Below, piece by piece: positions 39,678-51,777 of a stretch of 64,000 bases of DNA. Every line of letters starts with the position of its first letter. Position 1 is the first letter of the stretch. The stretch is from contig OZ316897.1 of the NCBI GenBank assembly GCA_973895155.1, positions 21,675,455 to 21,739,454 on the forward strand, in the 5' to 3' direction. The notes beneath the pieces are model-generated. The model had not been told where the DNA came from and did not search any database. It saw only the letters and a list, made by a program, of their open reading frames with translations. The position numbers were made by a program, and so were the translations under genes. This DNA comes from Marsupella aquatica. Lineage: Eukaryota; Plantae; Marchantiophyta.

Positions 39678-42538
39678 CTAACACTCTACAAATTTCTCAG
39701 GCCACATCACAAATGATTCCACAGCATCCACAAGATGGATGTGTGGCGGATCATCTCCCTTGTTTGGAAAGGGTAGAAGATATTTGGGCTTACTGACAAC
39801 AGTCAACAACAGCACAACATGATCAGCAAGTACCTTCTTTCCATGGAAAGTACTTGCTTCAATTTGAAGTATGCCTTGCCCAACACAAACACCAGAATTA
39901 TCAGTTGCCATTAGCCTATCTGAAGACTGTGCTACAATGCTCACTGCTGTCCCTTTTGGAGAAGTGTTATTCCTCTTCTTCTTTGGTGCCTTGTAAGGCA
40001 AAGTCTCCTTCCCACTGTTTCTGGTCCTCATCTTTCCCATGTTCATCAGTGGTGGGGATTGAGAAACTCATCTCCAATACCTGGGGGAGGCTGAGAGTCT
40101 ATGAAAATCACATCATTGTCATCACTCTGCTTCTCCTGTGAATCTGAAAATTTGGTAGCCTCTAAGTTTCGTCTCCTCTTCCTGTCTGCTGGATTTGGTA
40201 TGCGCACCTCCTCCTGTGCTGGCTCTGTACCTCAATAGTAGCCACAAATTCCTTCATTTACAACTAAGCATATAGGCACTAAAGCTATCAACAAACCATC
40301 AAGTTTGCACTAATTGAACGTACATGGCATAGATACTCAACCACATTAACAGGCCAGACAGAGTCTTCAAACCAACATTTACTTACTCTCAATGACAGTT
40401 ATACTAGGTTCGATGATCTTTGGATCTGCTGCAGCCACTGCAATCTGATCACCTGATACACAATGTAACAAACCTTCAAGGTCTAGAACCTGAACCTGAA
40501 CCATCCTGCATCCATGAACCTCAAATTCCTAGGTAAAGTCACACTACACTAAACATGATTTCAGATGACACGTACCACTCTTCTTTGTAGGCACAACTTC
40601 CACAATATTTGCAGGCTCTTAATATGGATGTGCAATTGGGTGCTCAACCCTGCCAGCAATGTGCATCGCCCGCAACTCACGTAGTTCAGCTTGTACTTCC
40701 CTTAAGGCTGATCCTTGGCTTTGAAGAAGACTAGCTATGTCCTTGAATTGACTCTTGATCTCAGTCTCTACTGATGGCCAAGCGTTCTCCACAGTCTTCA
40801 ACCGGTCTAATATCTCTGTAAGGGTAGACACTGCTCCCTGCTATATATCACATACACCAACCAAACGGCTCTTCTCAGCAATTTTATAATTGCATAAGGG
40901 CTGACAGTACTGTACATCTGAAGAAGGACTGTATAACAGATTGTCCATCAATAATGCTCCTAAATTACCTGTTTAGATCCAATGCTGCCTTCATCACACT
41001 TTACCCTTTTGATTTCTGCCACAACCTCCTCTTTTGTGGGTTTCTCTCCAGTAAGCTTTTTCTGGAGCACATAAATATGCAAGACACGTTTCTCAATGTC
41101 AATCTTGCCTAAACGTAGTGTGCTGCTACAACTACATATAGTCCACTCAAATATTGAAATGTAAATAAAGATATGTATGGCATGGGAACCCAACCAATTT
41201 GGCTACTACTGGTGCATGTCCTCCCCTCCTTGTAAGCGTAGGATTCTTCACTGCATTTCTAGCAGCAATCATTTGTGCAGACTTCTCCTGTCCTGCCCTA
41301 GATAGGAATGTCCCTCTCAGTCGAGCCCATTGTTCTACATGAACACTTGGGGGTGCTTCAGCATGTGGTTTACTACCATCAGCAATCCATGCTTTGTGCA
41401 ATCGATGCCTCTATGTTTTCATGATAGTTCGTCCATACTCTGCAAGACAATCAACACTGACCCCTTTCCCAGAATTCCCCAAATATTCCCACTTGTCTCG
41501 CATATATTTGCAAACCAGTTTCCAGTCAGATGGATGTTGACAATTAAAGTTAGTACAACTAATGTCCAACCACCGTAGACACTCCATTCGCAAGTCATTG
41601 TGCCATCTATTCTTTCCAGCACTCATCGTTGTGATCCGGCCTTCATCATCAACTTCAACAGTACCCAGCTTCACATTCTCACCTCTCCCAGTGCTCCCTG
41701 ACGCACTACTTGGTGTTGCAAATCCAAGAGTTGCTCCCCCATGGCCTGACCGGGGTGTGATAGGGTTATCTGAAAAGAGAAACGCAATTAACACCATTAA
41801 TATCATATGGTCTCTGTGAACTACCTGATTTCAATACTTTACTTAGAACTACTGTAGAAAATACCTCCTCCCCTCCGCAGACTCTGTGTCGGTTGGACTG
41901 AAGGTGCTGGTGCTGGTGCTGGGTTCCCACCATACCCACCATAACCTTGCCATCCTGTCGCCATTGGGAGAGGACCTCCCATGAATTGCCCCGATGGCCC
42001 CATTGACCCTCCTTCATACATATTTGTGGGCTGCATACGGTCCCACATTGGGTCTGCCATTCACATCAGACCAGGAAAATTGTCATACTCAGACCCACAT
42101 CTATTGAGGAACACAATCAGCCAATTTGAGCTCAAAATACACTTGTCCACATGAAACAAATTAAAATGTTCACACTTACTTGGCCAACTTGGACCCATAT
42201 AGCTGGCAGAAGCGCCTACATCCATAGACCCGTCATAGTTATTGCCCCCCTGTCGTGCTTGTGGCCAGTTATAGTTGGGGGCATTAAATTGCGGGTTATT
42301 GCAATTGCTGTTGCTTGGGGCTTGGGCTGAGTATACAGAGGGCGCCGGTCGAGATCTCATAGAAGTTCCCCCAGTTGCCTTACTGCAAGCAGGCTTTGGT
42401 GGAGGGGTAGGATTTGGCATGTCATCATCCTCTGACATGCTAGCACTTGCATTCGGATCTTGGTCAAGATCATATTCTGTATCACCAACATCAGGCATGC
42501 AATCCTCTACCTCATTCTTATCAAGAGATTCAGCCATT
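39678..42538 (-). CDS. CACTA second ORF (TnpA/Ptta-like), multi-exon, possibly degenerate
   Basis: VEQWARLRGTFLSRAGQEKSAQMIAARNAVKNPTLTRRGG (Transposase_24-like), a coiled-coil exon at 40619-40831, and C-terminal FHGKKV..DHVV...LLPFP......L.DAVESFVMWP (Tnp1/En-Spm-like). Confidence 0.7.
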
Positions 42539-43171
42539 GAAAAAGGGGTCTTTGAAGTCAACCTCTCACTGCGTCGCCTAGGTCCGTCAGGATTATAGAA
42601 GGTCTTCCGTCTACACTGACTTCGCTTTGACAGTGTTGGGATACTTTTGTTACTGCAACACCCACATGAAATTCGACACAGGTTATGTATGTAGTAGTCC
42701 ATTACAGAAGCTACACAATGAACAGACGCACACAACGAGATACACATACAGCTCATACTATGCACAGTCCCTTACATATCCGAAATAGCCTCTTGCACAT
42801 CACCCAACAGGGCTGCGGCACATTGGCGAACCCATGCTCGGTGTTTCACAGCCTGCTTCTCATACTCACACATGCCATTTTTGTCTGGCATCCTACTCAC
42901 CAAGTTACTGCGGTTGCACAAACAAGTCATCCATTTATTGCTCATACTTGCTACTCATTGCACTTCAAAGAGTCACCTACTCACAACAAAACAAAGCCAA
43001 CTACTCATCATCTTCGTCCATGTCAGCTTCAACCTCTCCCTCATAAGTCTGTCTCACTGTCAAGGGGATGTACTCCCTGGTCCCCTGGCCCCGATGTACA
43101 ACGTCTACTGCCGGCTGTTCAAAGGCCCCATGTGCATCCAAATTGAACTCTATTTTAGTACCCTCCATCCT

Positions 43172-46100
43172 TCAAACTCTAGGTGAGCTATGGCAGACTA
43201 CACGCCAACCACGAGACTCCTCCACATCTAAAAAAAATACTTGCTCGACTTGACTTGGGAACACAAAAGGCTCCATCCATTCTGCCAGTCTTTGGTTAAA
43301 ATTGACCATTAGAAAGCCATCCATATCCCGTTTCATGGTCGCTCTTGGCCCATGCCAATCTGGCTTCACCCATGAACCTTTCATTAGGATGATTTGTTGT
43401 GATGTGTTCCCATAATTCAGTGCCCAGATGTCTGCCAACTCCCCAACATATCCCATCTCCATCCAGCCCCTGTTGCTCTGAGCATCTATATGCTCAAACA
43501 CAGATATTACCCCCGAATTATATGTCACTAAATGCTTGTCCTCATCATCATGCACACGGTACTGATTCCCATATGCTTTCATCCATTTATACCGCTGTAC
43601 AATACGTCTGGGAGGCATAGACAAGAGGAGAACATCTCTATCCATGTTTGGGTTCTGCCTGCTATGCTCTCGAATTGTTGTCCTGATCCACTCAAGAAAA
43701 GTTGCGAATGCCTGGTGATTTAACCCTAATTGGGCGGCCTTCTGCACATTGTATTCCCTGCATGATGATAATGAGAACAATTTCTCAATACAATGTACAT
43801 ATCCTACCAAAATGGATATGAATAAAGAAGGAATGCAGGGAGGGTGCGGAAACATGAGTACTCGATCACTGCCACCAAGGTTGCATCATGACTGTATTGT
43901 GTAAGACATATAAGTGTGCTGCATCACAAACTTCTGCAGACAATTGCAAGGAAGTAAAAGCGCCTTGAAGAACCTCTCCAGCCACCCCCTCTTCTTCCTC
44001 AGCATCCCACACCCTACTCCTAACACTGTCTACACCAGCCATGTACTCTGTAAGGAACCCCAAGGTCTCTTCTTGAATGTAACCGAGAGCCATGCTTGCT
44101 TCAGGCCTGTAATAAGTACGTACATGGCCTTTTAGCAACTTCATGTACCGTTCCATCGGATACATCCACCTTGTACTCACTGGGCCGTAGTGGCCCAGAT
44201 CTTCAACCGCATGGATGATCAAATGAGTCATGACATCAAAAAATGCTGGCGGGAAATAAATCTCCAAGTCACAAAGCACACGCACAGTATCTGCCTTTAA
44301 CTGAGGAAATGTTGTAGGGTCCCACACCTTCACACAAATACGACGAAAGATCTGACACAGTCTCAAAATGACATTGCAAACTGGTTTTTGCATCAATCCC
44401 CTCAGACATACTGGTAGAATGTCTTGCATCATAACATGGAAGTCATGAGTTTTCATGCTTCCCAACTTCTTCTTCCTTATATGCTTTGCAAAGGCTCCAG
44501 CGTACCTAGAGGGTACTCTGAATGAACTCAGCCTAGACAAAATTGTGTTCCACTCATTCTGGGTGCAAACATATGGAGCTTGGTACTTGAAAACCACACC
44601 CGGCCTATTCTGGGATTCTTGCAGCCAAAGTTGAGGACGAATGCCCTTCTCCTGAAGGTCCTTTCGTACTGCTGCAGTATCATTGTCCCCTGACAGAAAC
44701 TTCAAAAGACTTTCGCATACATTCTTCTCAATGTGCATTACATCAATGTTATGTTTGCTTGGCTCAAAATCCTGCACCCATGAAGTAAGCATGATTGCCA
44801 CAATTAGGTTCAGACACAAGAACTAAAAACTGTTGTGCATAGGATCTGAAGAGGTTCACTGAGTACAAGTGAATATGCAAATGTTACCTTCCAATACTCC
44901 AATGATGTGTCCATCATTGTGTGCCTTTTGATGCCATGAGTCTTTGCTGGGTCGTCTGGCACGTCTCTACAAGCACCATATTCATCATAAGACACCTTGT
45001 TCAATCCCCACTGCAGAAGTTGGTCTCTACTAACCAACACAGGAGACTCTCGAAGCTCCCTCTGGTTGTTGAAGCGGGCTATGTGGGATTGCCTGTGCCT
45101 GAAAGGGTGGTCGGCAGGAAGATATCGCCTGTGGCCCTGGAATTTGATACTGCCCAAGGAAATGGACCGTTCAGATGTAACATCTGGGCCACGTCGTGTG
45201 CAACCCAGATATCCCTTCCCTACCTGCCCAAATATCATGCTATGTCTAGGGTAGTTTGCTATTGAATTAACACACATTGCACGTAGGTTGAATGTCCTCG
45301 GTTACCAGGTCCACAAAGTGCATCAACTGTCATAACTCCATGTGTCCATAGAGTAACCCATTCCTCCACCGCAGGGGCCAACCAAACATCTATGTTTGCA
45401 CTTATAGCAGAGTTTAGGCTGGGAATCATAAGTAAGACACAAGATCACAAAAAAACGCTTGGTGGATATCCAAGGTGGGAGATTATAATTTATCAAAGTC
45501 ACTGGCCAGCAAGAATACACATGTTCTTGTCTCCAAAAGGATTAGCACCGTCAAGGCTTAGACCAAACCTCACATTTCTGCTCTCTGCTGCAAAGTTCGG
45601 CCACTTCTCATCTATGTACTTCCAGTGGTTGGAATCTCCAATGCGACGTTGCAAACCATCTGTACTCTTCTGATCAGAGGTCCAAGTCATCATCTTAGAA
45701 ATGGATGGACACCTATAGAGGCGCTGTAATCTTGGAATGAGAGGGAAATGCCGTAGGACCTTAGCAGGTTGAGTTGACTTCCCCACGTTCTTATATCTGT
45801 GCTTTCCGCAGATAGGGCAGGATAGGCAATCAACATATTCTTTTCTGAAAAGTACATGGCCATCTGGGCATGCATGGATGGACACATAATTCAAACCAAG
45901 TTTGCTCATCACCTTCTTTGCCTCATACATGTTCTTAGGAGCAATGTTTCCAACGGGTAGTACTGTCCTCTGTAGGAACATCAACAACTCTGTTACACAT
46001 ATGTTGGGCACACGGTGACATCCACATATATTGAGGAACATCACTATGAACCCTAGTTTGGAGCAATTTGCACCACCATACAATGGGGACGTAGCTTCCT

Positions 46101-46719
46101 CCAAGTAGGCCCCAGTTCCCAAGAATTAACCATCATCTCCAGCTCCTTCTCCAATGTCAAACTCTTCTTGGTCCGATGGATCTGCACCATGCATGTCTGG
46201 TTCTTCGTCCCCATGTGCCTCTACATCTTCATAAAGTGCATCCAGGTCTTGAAAAATGTCTGAAACCATCCTAGGAACATCTGCCCCGTCCTCATTAGAA
46301 GTCTTGGGACCTCCCTGTGGAACATACTCATCTTTGGCATTGTTGCCTGCATGACCAGTGACGTTATGAAAGAATGCAGAGCGTCTTGCTGTATTCACAT
46401 TTTCAAAATCTGCTCTCCATTCATCATCCGATGAATCCTCTTCCTCTGGCACATTCCACACCCTGCGGATTGGATGTCTTCCATGCCTTTGAAGATGAGA
46501 ATGCACTTGGTTCAGGGTCATCGAGTGGTATCCTCGACATTGCATGCAGGGGCATCTCATCCGGGCATTTATGCCCCGGCTTGCTCTAAGCACCTCTCTA
46601 TTCCACAACTTGGAGTCATGACGTGTAATTCTCAGTGGGTGATGCAAAGGGAGTCGCAGTTCATTGGTATGTCTCTGATTCCTTTGCCCCAACTGTCCAT
46701 CCTCATTTGCTTGATCCAT
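43172..46719 (-). pseudogene. Tnp2/TnpD CACTA transposase with stop and frameshifts
   Basis: MRCPCMQC, IHACPDGHVLFRKEY..C..CPICG..RY, KVLRHFPLIPRLQRLY, RNVRFGLSLDGANPF, SCWPV...YNLPPW, DVMHIEKNV, FFDVMTHLIIH, WMYPMERYM, EPFVFPSQVEQVFF. TAA at ~46126, frameshifts around 45300-45500, introns at ~44775-44888 and ~43762-43869. Confidence 0.93.
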
Positions 46720-47134
46720 ACCTTCAGCTCTCGTAGGCACCCCTTGGCTATGTACCCTTTGCAGTACTAGACAGGCTTATACAATTGCATATTCTAAGTA
46801 CATGGAGGGGACACATGCAAGTTTCATGAAGAAAATATCACAGACGCTAAACACACTCACTATCAAGTCCGCTCTGTGCTGGTGCCCGACCTGCTCACGT
46901 ATCATGTGCTCACTGCAGGCAGCAACATCATAACATACTTGCTATAATCAGTGAAGTGCTTGGTCGTTGACCAGTCAATGGTACAACGTACATCATACAC
47001 TGCCATACATCTCCACATGCAAAACCAAGACATTTGGAGGATGAAAAGGAGTAATGTCTTGTAGACCAAAAATAACACACAAAAGTTTATTTCAAAAATG
47101 TAACCGTCTAGCATACAGACAGTTGAGACCTTAC

Positions 47135-48061
47135 TTATTCATAATCATTAGGGCTAACAGAATCATACGCACTATCAGAAAACTGTTCATCCGTGGTCTG
47201 GAACTCAGAAGTAACATATTCTGGGTCATCATAGGGAATGAATGGCTTTGCTGGCCATATTTCATATAAATCATATTTATGCTCATCTAATCGCATATTT
47301 GTTGAAAGTGACTGCCTGACCCATTCAAGGCAGACCACACACAGCCCATGTGTGATGAGCCATTGTACTGTGGACTTTCCATACTCTCGGCATGCCTTAG
47401 AATATGAATGAGCAATGAGATGGGTGGTCTCATTAGTGAGCTTCTCAATCACTGTACCACCTCTTCTACTGATCTCCCTCTTGAAATGACAGACCCTATA
47501 TGGCTTGATAGACTTGTCAAGTATAACAGCCCTCACACCTCTGAACATGGTTCGGTCTGGGATGGGTTCTGTCTCATATGGGATAATGTTGTTGTATACT
47601 TTTGTGATCTGGTCAATAGACGGAACCCTACTCCCACCTCTCCCTGCAATTCTACGAGCCTTGTGCCAACCTCGACTGTCTTTCATCATTTGGACGCTAT
47701 TGTACTTGCTCTCAAACAAATTGTAATCATCAGGATCTTGGACACTCCCTTTTCTAAGGCAGTCAGACATCCATTCTACTGAAAGTATTTTGACATGCCT
47801 CAAGAAGACTTTGTCATAGAAAACTGACCAAGATGCCATTTTCAGACAATGTTCCCATGTTTCTGCAATAATATGGGTGACTTCAGTGTCCTGTAGTTGA
47901 GATTGTGTCTCTGTACCGTGACACTCAATGAGTTTTCTCCTAAAGATATCCAATCTTGCACTCTGAATACCTGGGACAAAAAAGACTCTGACCCCTTGGA
48001 AGATGGGAGCACATTGGGAAGTTGGAAGGGGGACAGGTTCACGCTTCCGTTTGGAAGGCAT
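47135..48061 (-). CDS. Tandem BRCT-domain protein (both repeats DNA polymerase lambda-like), probable CACTA cargo
   Basis: Uninterrupted ~308-aa ORF with basic N-terminus MPSKRKREP. BRCT1: IFQGVRVFFV..IQSARLDIFRRKL...VTHIIA...LSVEWMSDCL...Y.L. BRCT2: MFRGVRAVIL...GGTVIEKLTNETTHLIA...VCLEWVRQSL...YDLY. Acidic tail. A splice acceptor (TTACAG) lies just before the ATG. Confidence 0.8.
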   Translation of the reverse strand: MPSKRKREPVPLPTSQCAPIFQGVRVFFVPGIQSARLDIFRRKLIECHGTETQSQLQDTEVTHIIAETWEHCLKMASWSVFYDKVFLRHVKILSVEWMSDCLRKGSVQDPDDYNLFESKYNSVQMMKDSRGWHKARRIAGRGGSRVPSIDQITKVYNNIIPYETEPIPDRTMFRGVRAVILDKSIKPYRVCHFKREISRRGGTVIEKLTNETTHLIAHSYSKACREYGKSTVQWLITHGLCVVCLEWVRQSLSTNMRLDEHKYDLYEIWPAKPFIPYDDPEYVTSEFQTTDEQFSDSAYDSVSPNDYE

Positions 48062-48976
48062 GATGCCTCCTGTAATAAAAGCCAATAGAGAAATACCAGT
48101 GCCCGCGTTGCCTGTCCCTCAATGCTTCAGCCCAATGCTCTCTGATGACACAAAGTGCACTCTAGCTCCCTGATTGTGGCCCACATGACAGGATCGAAAG
48201 TCAATACATGCAGTAAATCCCAGCACGGAGTTATAGGACAAACCATATACTCTTTAGTCAAATTATTTTCACCATGTGTTCATGTAATTACATTGATGAA
48301 AGTAGAGCAACAACCTACTTTAGTATACACATAGCATACATGTGACCCTTTATATTGTCTTGTCTGCATATAGCCTGAATTCACATTTGAATACCTGTAT
48401 CTTACGTGACAGTGATGGGGACTGAGAATGATATCATTCAACTGCACAATTTCCAGTCACATCTATAATTGTACAAATGTATGGGTCAGGCACACAACTT
48501 AAGATGACCTTTGTTAAGAGCAGAAACAAATACATAATTTGAGCTATATATGTATTTTCATACTCCAATGCATGGATGTTGTTTTACTCCAGGTAACAGT
48601 CTGCTTGGAATCTTTAGTCTTTCACAGTTATGGTCTCTTACCATACACATGATTCACTCAAAGTGGAAAAAACACAGACATCCTTGTACGTGTAGGCCCT
48701 AACTTTGAAATTGCAATTAACTTAATCAGTCTTCAAAAAATAAGTTAACTTAGTTAGTTTTGGAGTGTTGAGCATAGACGACATTCGCAACGGCAAGCCC
48801 ATGAACCATCCAACGCACAATAGTCGACACAGAGAGATACGTGGTTCACCTCCACATGAGGCTACGTCCGCGGGAACACACAAGAGCTTTACTGCACTCT
48901 AGGCCGACCGGCCATACCAAGCATCCACAGCACAAGCTCTCCCTATCTCTCAACTAACTCCGTAACAATGAGCCTG

Positions 48977-51460
48977 TGACGCCAATGACATGGTCCTTAT
49001 TTTGTAATCTGATTAAGTAGGTTGTTGTATGCAAGGAGTAGCTATTGATATTACATAACAATTAGCAAGATGGCAAGAATAAGGGCAATCATGGCGTTAA
49101 GAGTAGGGAAATAAAAACTATGTCACGGGTGGTCGACGACCATATCTCTTTCAATATGTCACCAAATCCGGATCTGTAAAGAGCATTGGAAAGATCTGGT
49201 CAAGGCGAGTAAAATCGATATAAAACACTCGAGAAACAGAGGTGTATTAAGAGAGATACGGCCTGATTAGTGTGACGGGTTAACTTATGGCCGGAATTAG
49301 CGGATTCGGCTTCAGTTTCGGGTTAACCCAAGCTCGACCACGACTTAGCTTATGTGAGCACGGCTTCAGCTTAGCTCAGGTAAGCACGGCTTCAGCTTAG
49401 CTCAGGTGAGCACGGCTTCAGCTTAGCTCAGGTAAGCACGGCTTCAGCTTAGCTTAGGTCAGCACAGCTTCAGCTTAGGCTTAACCTAGGTTCGGATTAG
49501 ATTGAACTCGAGTATGCCTAAACTCGGGCTCAGGTTAGCATAGGTAAGCTCGGGTTCGGGCTCAGCTTAGGCTAGGTTAGCGGATAGCGGGTAGCGGCCT
49601 AACCCGAGACCACAGGTTAGCTCTACTCGGGTTAGATAGGATAGCTAGGTTAGCCGAACTCGGGTTAGCTATGTAACTCGGGTTAGCGCAGCAGTGAGTA
49701 CCCCCTCTCGGTTGCGGGGGCATAACTCTCTGTGTATTTGACCAAATTGGCTATAATTGACCTCGTTGGAAAGAGGAGCTCAAGCCGCTTCCAACGCTGC
49801 TATCCACGCAGCAAATGGTTGAATACAGAAATCGGGAGAGGAGGCGTAAGCTCGCAAAAACCATGGAGGAGGGCCAAATCCGAAGTACATAGCCAATTCG
49901 AGATAGAAATAAAGCTGCGAGTTAGGGTTCAGTAGTTAGAGATAGTGGCGGCTCTGTTAGGGCTGGGATGGGGCTCCAGCAGCGTAGTACCCAGCCATTT
50001 GGGCTCAGTATGAGAGTATATAGAGCAGCCCCCCGGTAGAGATAGGGGGGGACTTCAGTTGTGTGATCTCACTTAGACTGAGCAGCAGGGAGGAGCTCTG
50101 TGCAAGCAAGGCTGGACCTGGATGCTGCGTGTTGGGGAGAGCTTGGTTGTGCTATTACTCAGGGAGTAATCAGCCAAGCTTCACAGCAACGGGTTGCTAG
50201 GTTTGCGAGCTGGATTGTGACTCTTTCTAGTGGGCAGCACAACTGGGTTCTTTTCCCCCGATACAGAGCCTTGGTGATAGGTGATGTGTTGGTGATTGTA
50301 AACTGTGGGGAGGATTTCAATTTGATTTGCGGTGGGCACATTAGGGAGGCTGAGATACTGATTAAGGGGCAGCAGGAGGAGCATTTACAGTTCAGTCTGG
50401 CAAGACTACGTGATCCATGGGGAGTCCCGGCCTTTGTCTGGTGGAGAGCACTAAGGGATCTATGGCCAGAGCTGAGCTTGCAGGGCAAGCGTGAGGCCGG
50501 GCCTCATTGCAGTCTGGGGTAGATCGCCGTTAGGCCTGGTACCAACTTTGAAGTCGAGTCAACTGTGCATGTGTAACTTGACATTCTGAAATGGAGGTGT
50601 GAGATCTGTACGTGTCCCCAAGAATTAAGTGCAATGAAGGAGGTTGAGTTCAGGATTGAGTTTGCAAGGCAAGTACGGGATTGGTTCGAGTCCAATCTGC
50701 CGTCGCAATCTGGAGTGAGCCGGGCTCAGGTTCAGGATTGAGCTTGCATGGCAAGCACGGGGCTTGCGGGGCAAGCACGTCGCAATCTGGAGGAGACAGC
50801 CTTCGGGCCTAGTGTTCGGATCAAGTGTTCTCAGTGAACTATTGTGCACATCGTTGAATCTAATTGAGTTTTCCTCTCAGGCCTCATTTCTCTCATGGAT
50901 GTGTATGTGTGTGAGGCAATCTGAGTGTATGATGAGACTAGCAGCGCCACTGAGAGGTGTACCGGGTGCATTGAAGTGGGTTGGGTGAGGGCTATCACAG
51001 CTCTGATTGCTGAGAGTGGAATGGCAGAGTGGTGGGGCAATGGCTTAGAAGTCCCTAAGCCGGGAATCAGTCAGGAGTCACTGGTTTATGGATACATTCC
51101 GGCGGTGGAATAGAAACATACCTATGACAGTAAGCATACGTATAGACCTATGCGCACCGTAGCGCTGGGCCCTATGTGTACGGGCCCGATATGACGACCC
51201 CTTCTCACCAGAACTATCATGAGCACAGGATCTGATTCCCAACCTTGGTTCCTAGGAATTGAGCTTGGGTGATGTGTGACAGAGTCTTGCTATGATAGTC
51301 TGGTGTTAAGGGTATAAATTGGTGTTTACCGGCCTTCACAGCATCCCTTCGTGATCCTTAGGTACAAGGAGATGGTTTTGGCACCCATAGTGACGTCTTT
51401 GGTGTTAAGACCCATGTCAATCGCGTGACAGAGCCTAAGTTCCACCAGGGTCTGGCATCA
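48977..51460 (+). mobile_element. Probable solo LTR (~2.5 kb) nested in the copia 3' LTR
   Basis: Termini TGACGCC...GGCATCA (inverted), imperfect 5-bp TSD (GCCTG/GCCCT), TATA-like TATATAGAG at ~50017, internal tandem repeats, no credible ORF. Removing it rejoins the copia LTR. Confidence 0.72.
49345..49480. repeat. 26-bp tandem repeat (AGCACGGCTTCAGCTTAGCTCAGGTr) x~5 inside the solo LTR
   Basis: Directly visible. Followed by degenerate CTCGGGTTAG repeats to ~49690. Confidence 0.9.
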
Positions 51461-51777
51461 GCCCTGGCTATATGCACAACAGCACTACCGCTAACCTTAG
51501 CTAGGTCCTAACCCGAGTTAGCCTAACTGTGGTTAGCACAAGAGTCACAAGACTAGAGCAATATCTAACAAACTCCCCCTTGACTCTTGTCTTGGGGACT
51601 GGACTAAATGCTACCATATAGAATCCTCAGCGGGAAGTTCTAGACAATCACCATACCAGGTCTCCCCCTAAAAACCACAAGGGTTAACTAAGGGTTAACT
51701 AGAACTAAGCCGTAGCCTAACAGGAATGAGTAATCCATATACAAATAGTCACACATTGCTAAATAACTCTACTTGCA

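Larger units (their letters stand above)
39183..48765 (-). mobile_element. CACTA (En/Spm) element 2, interrupted on the right by a copia LTR
   Basis: CACTAGTAGAAA terminus at 39183, with dense TGACT/AGTCA subterminal repeats at 39220-39520. Contains TnpA-like, Tnp2 and BRCT ORFs, all on the minus strand. Confidence 0.85.

Noticed and set aside
50100-51113. Several ORFs inside the solo LTR
   Set aside because: No recognisable motifs. They overlap on both strands, consistent with chance ORFs in LTR DNA.
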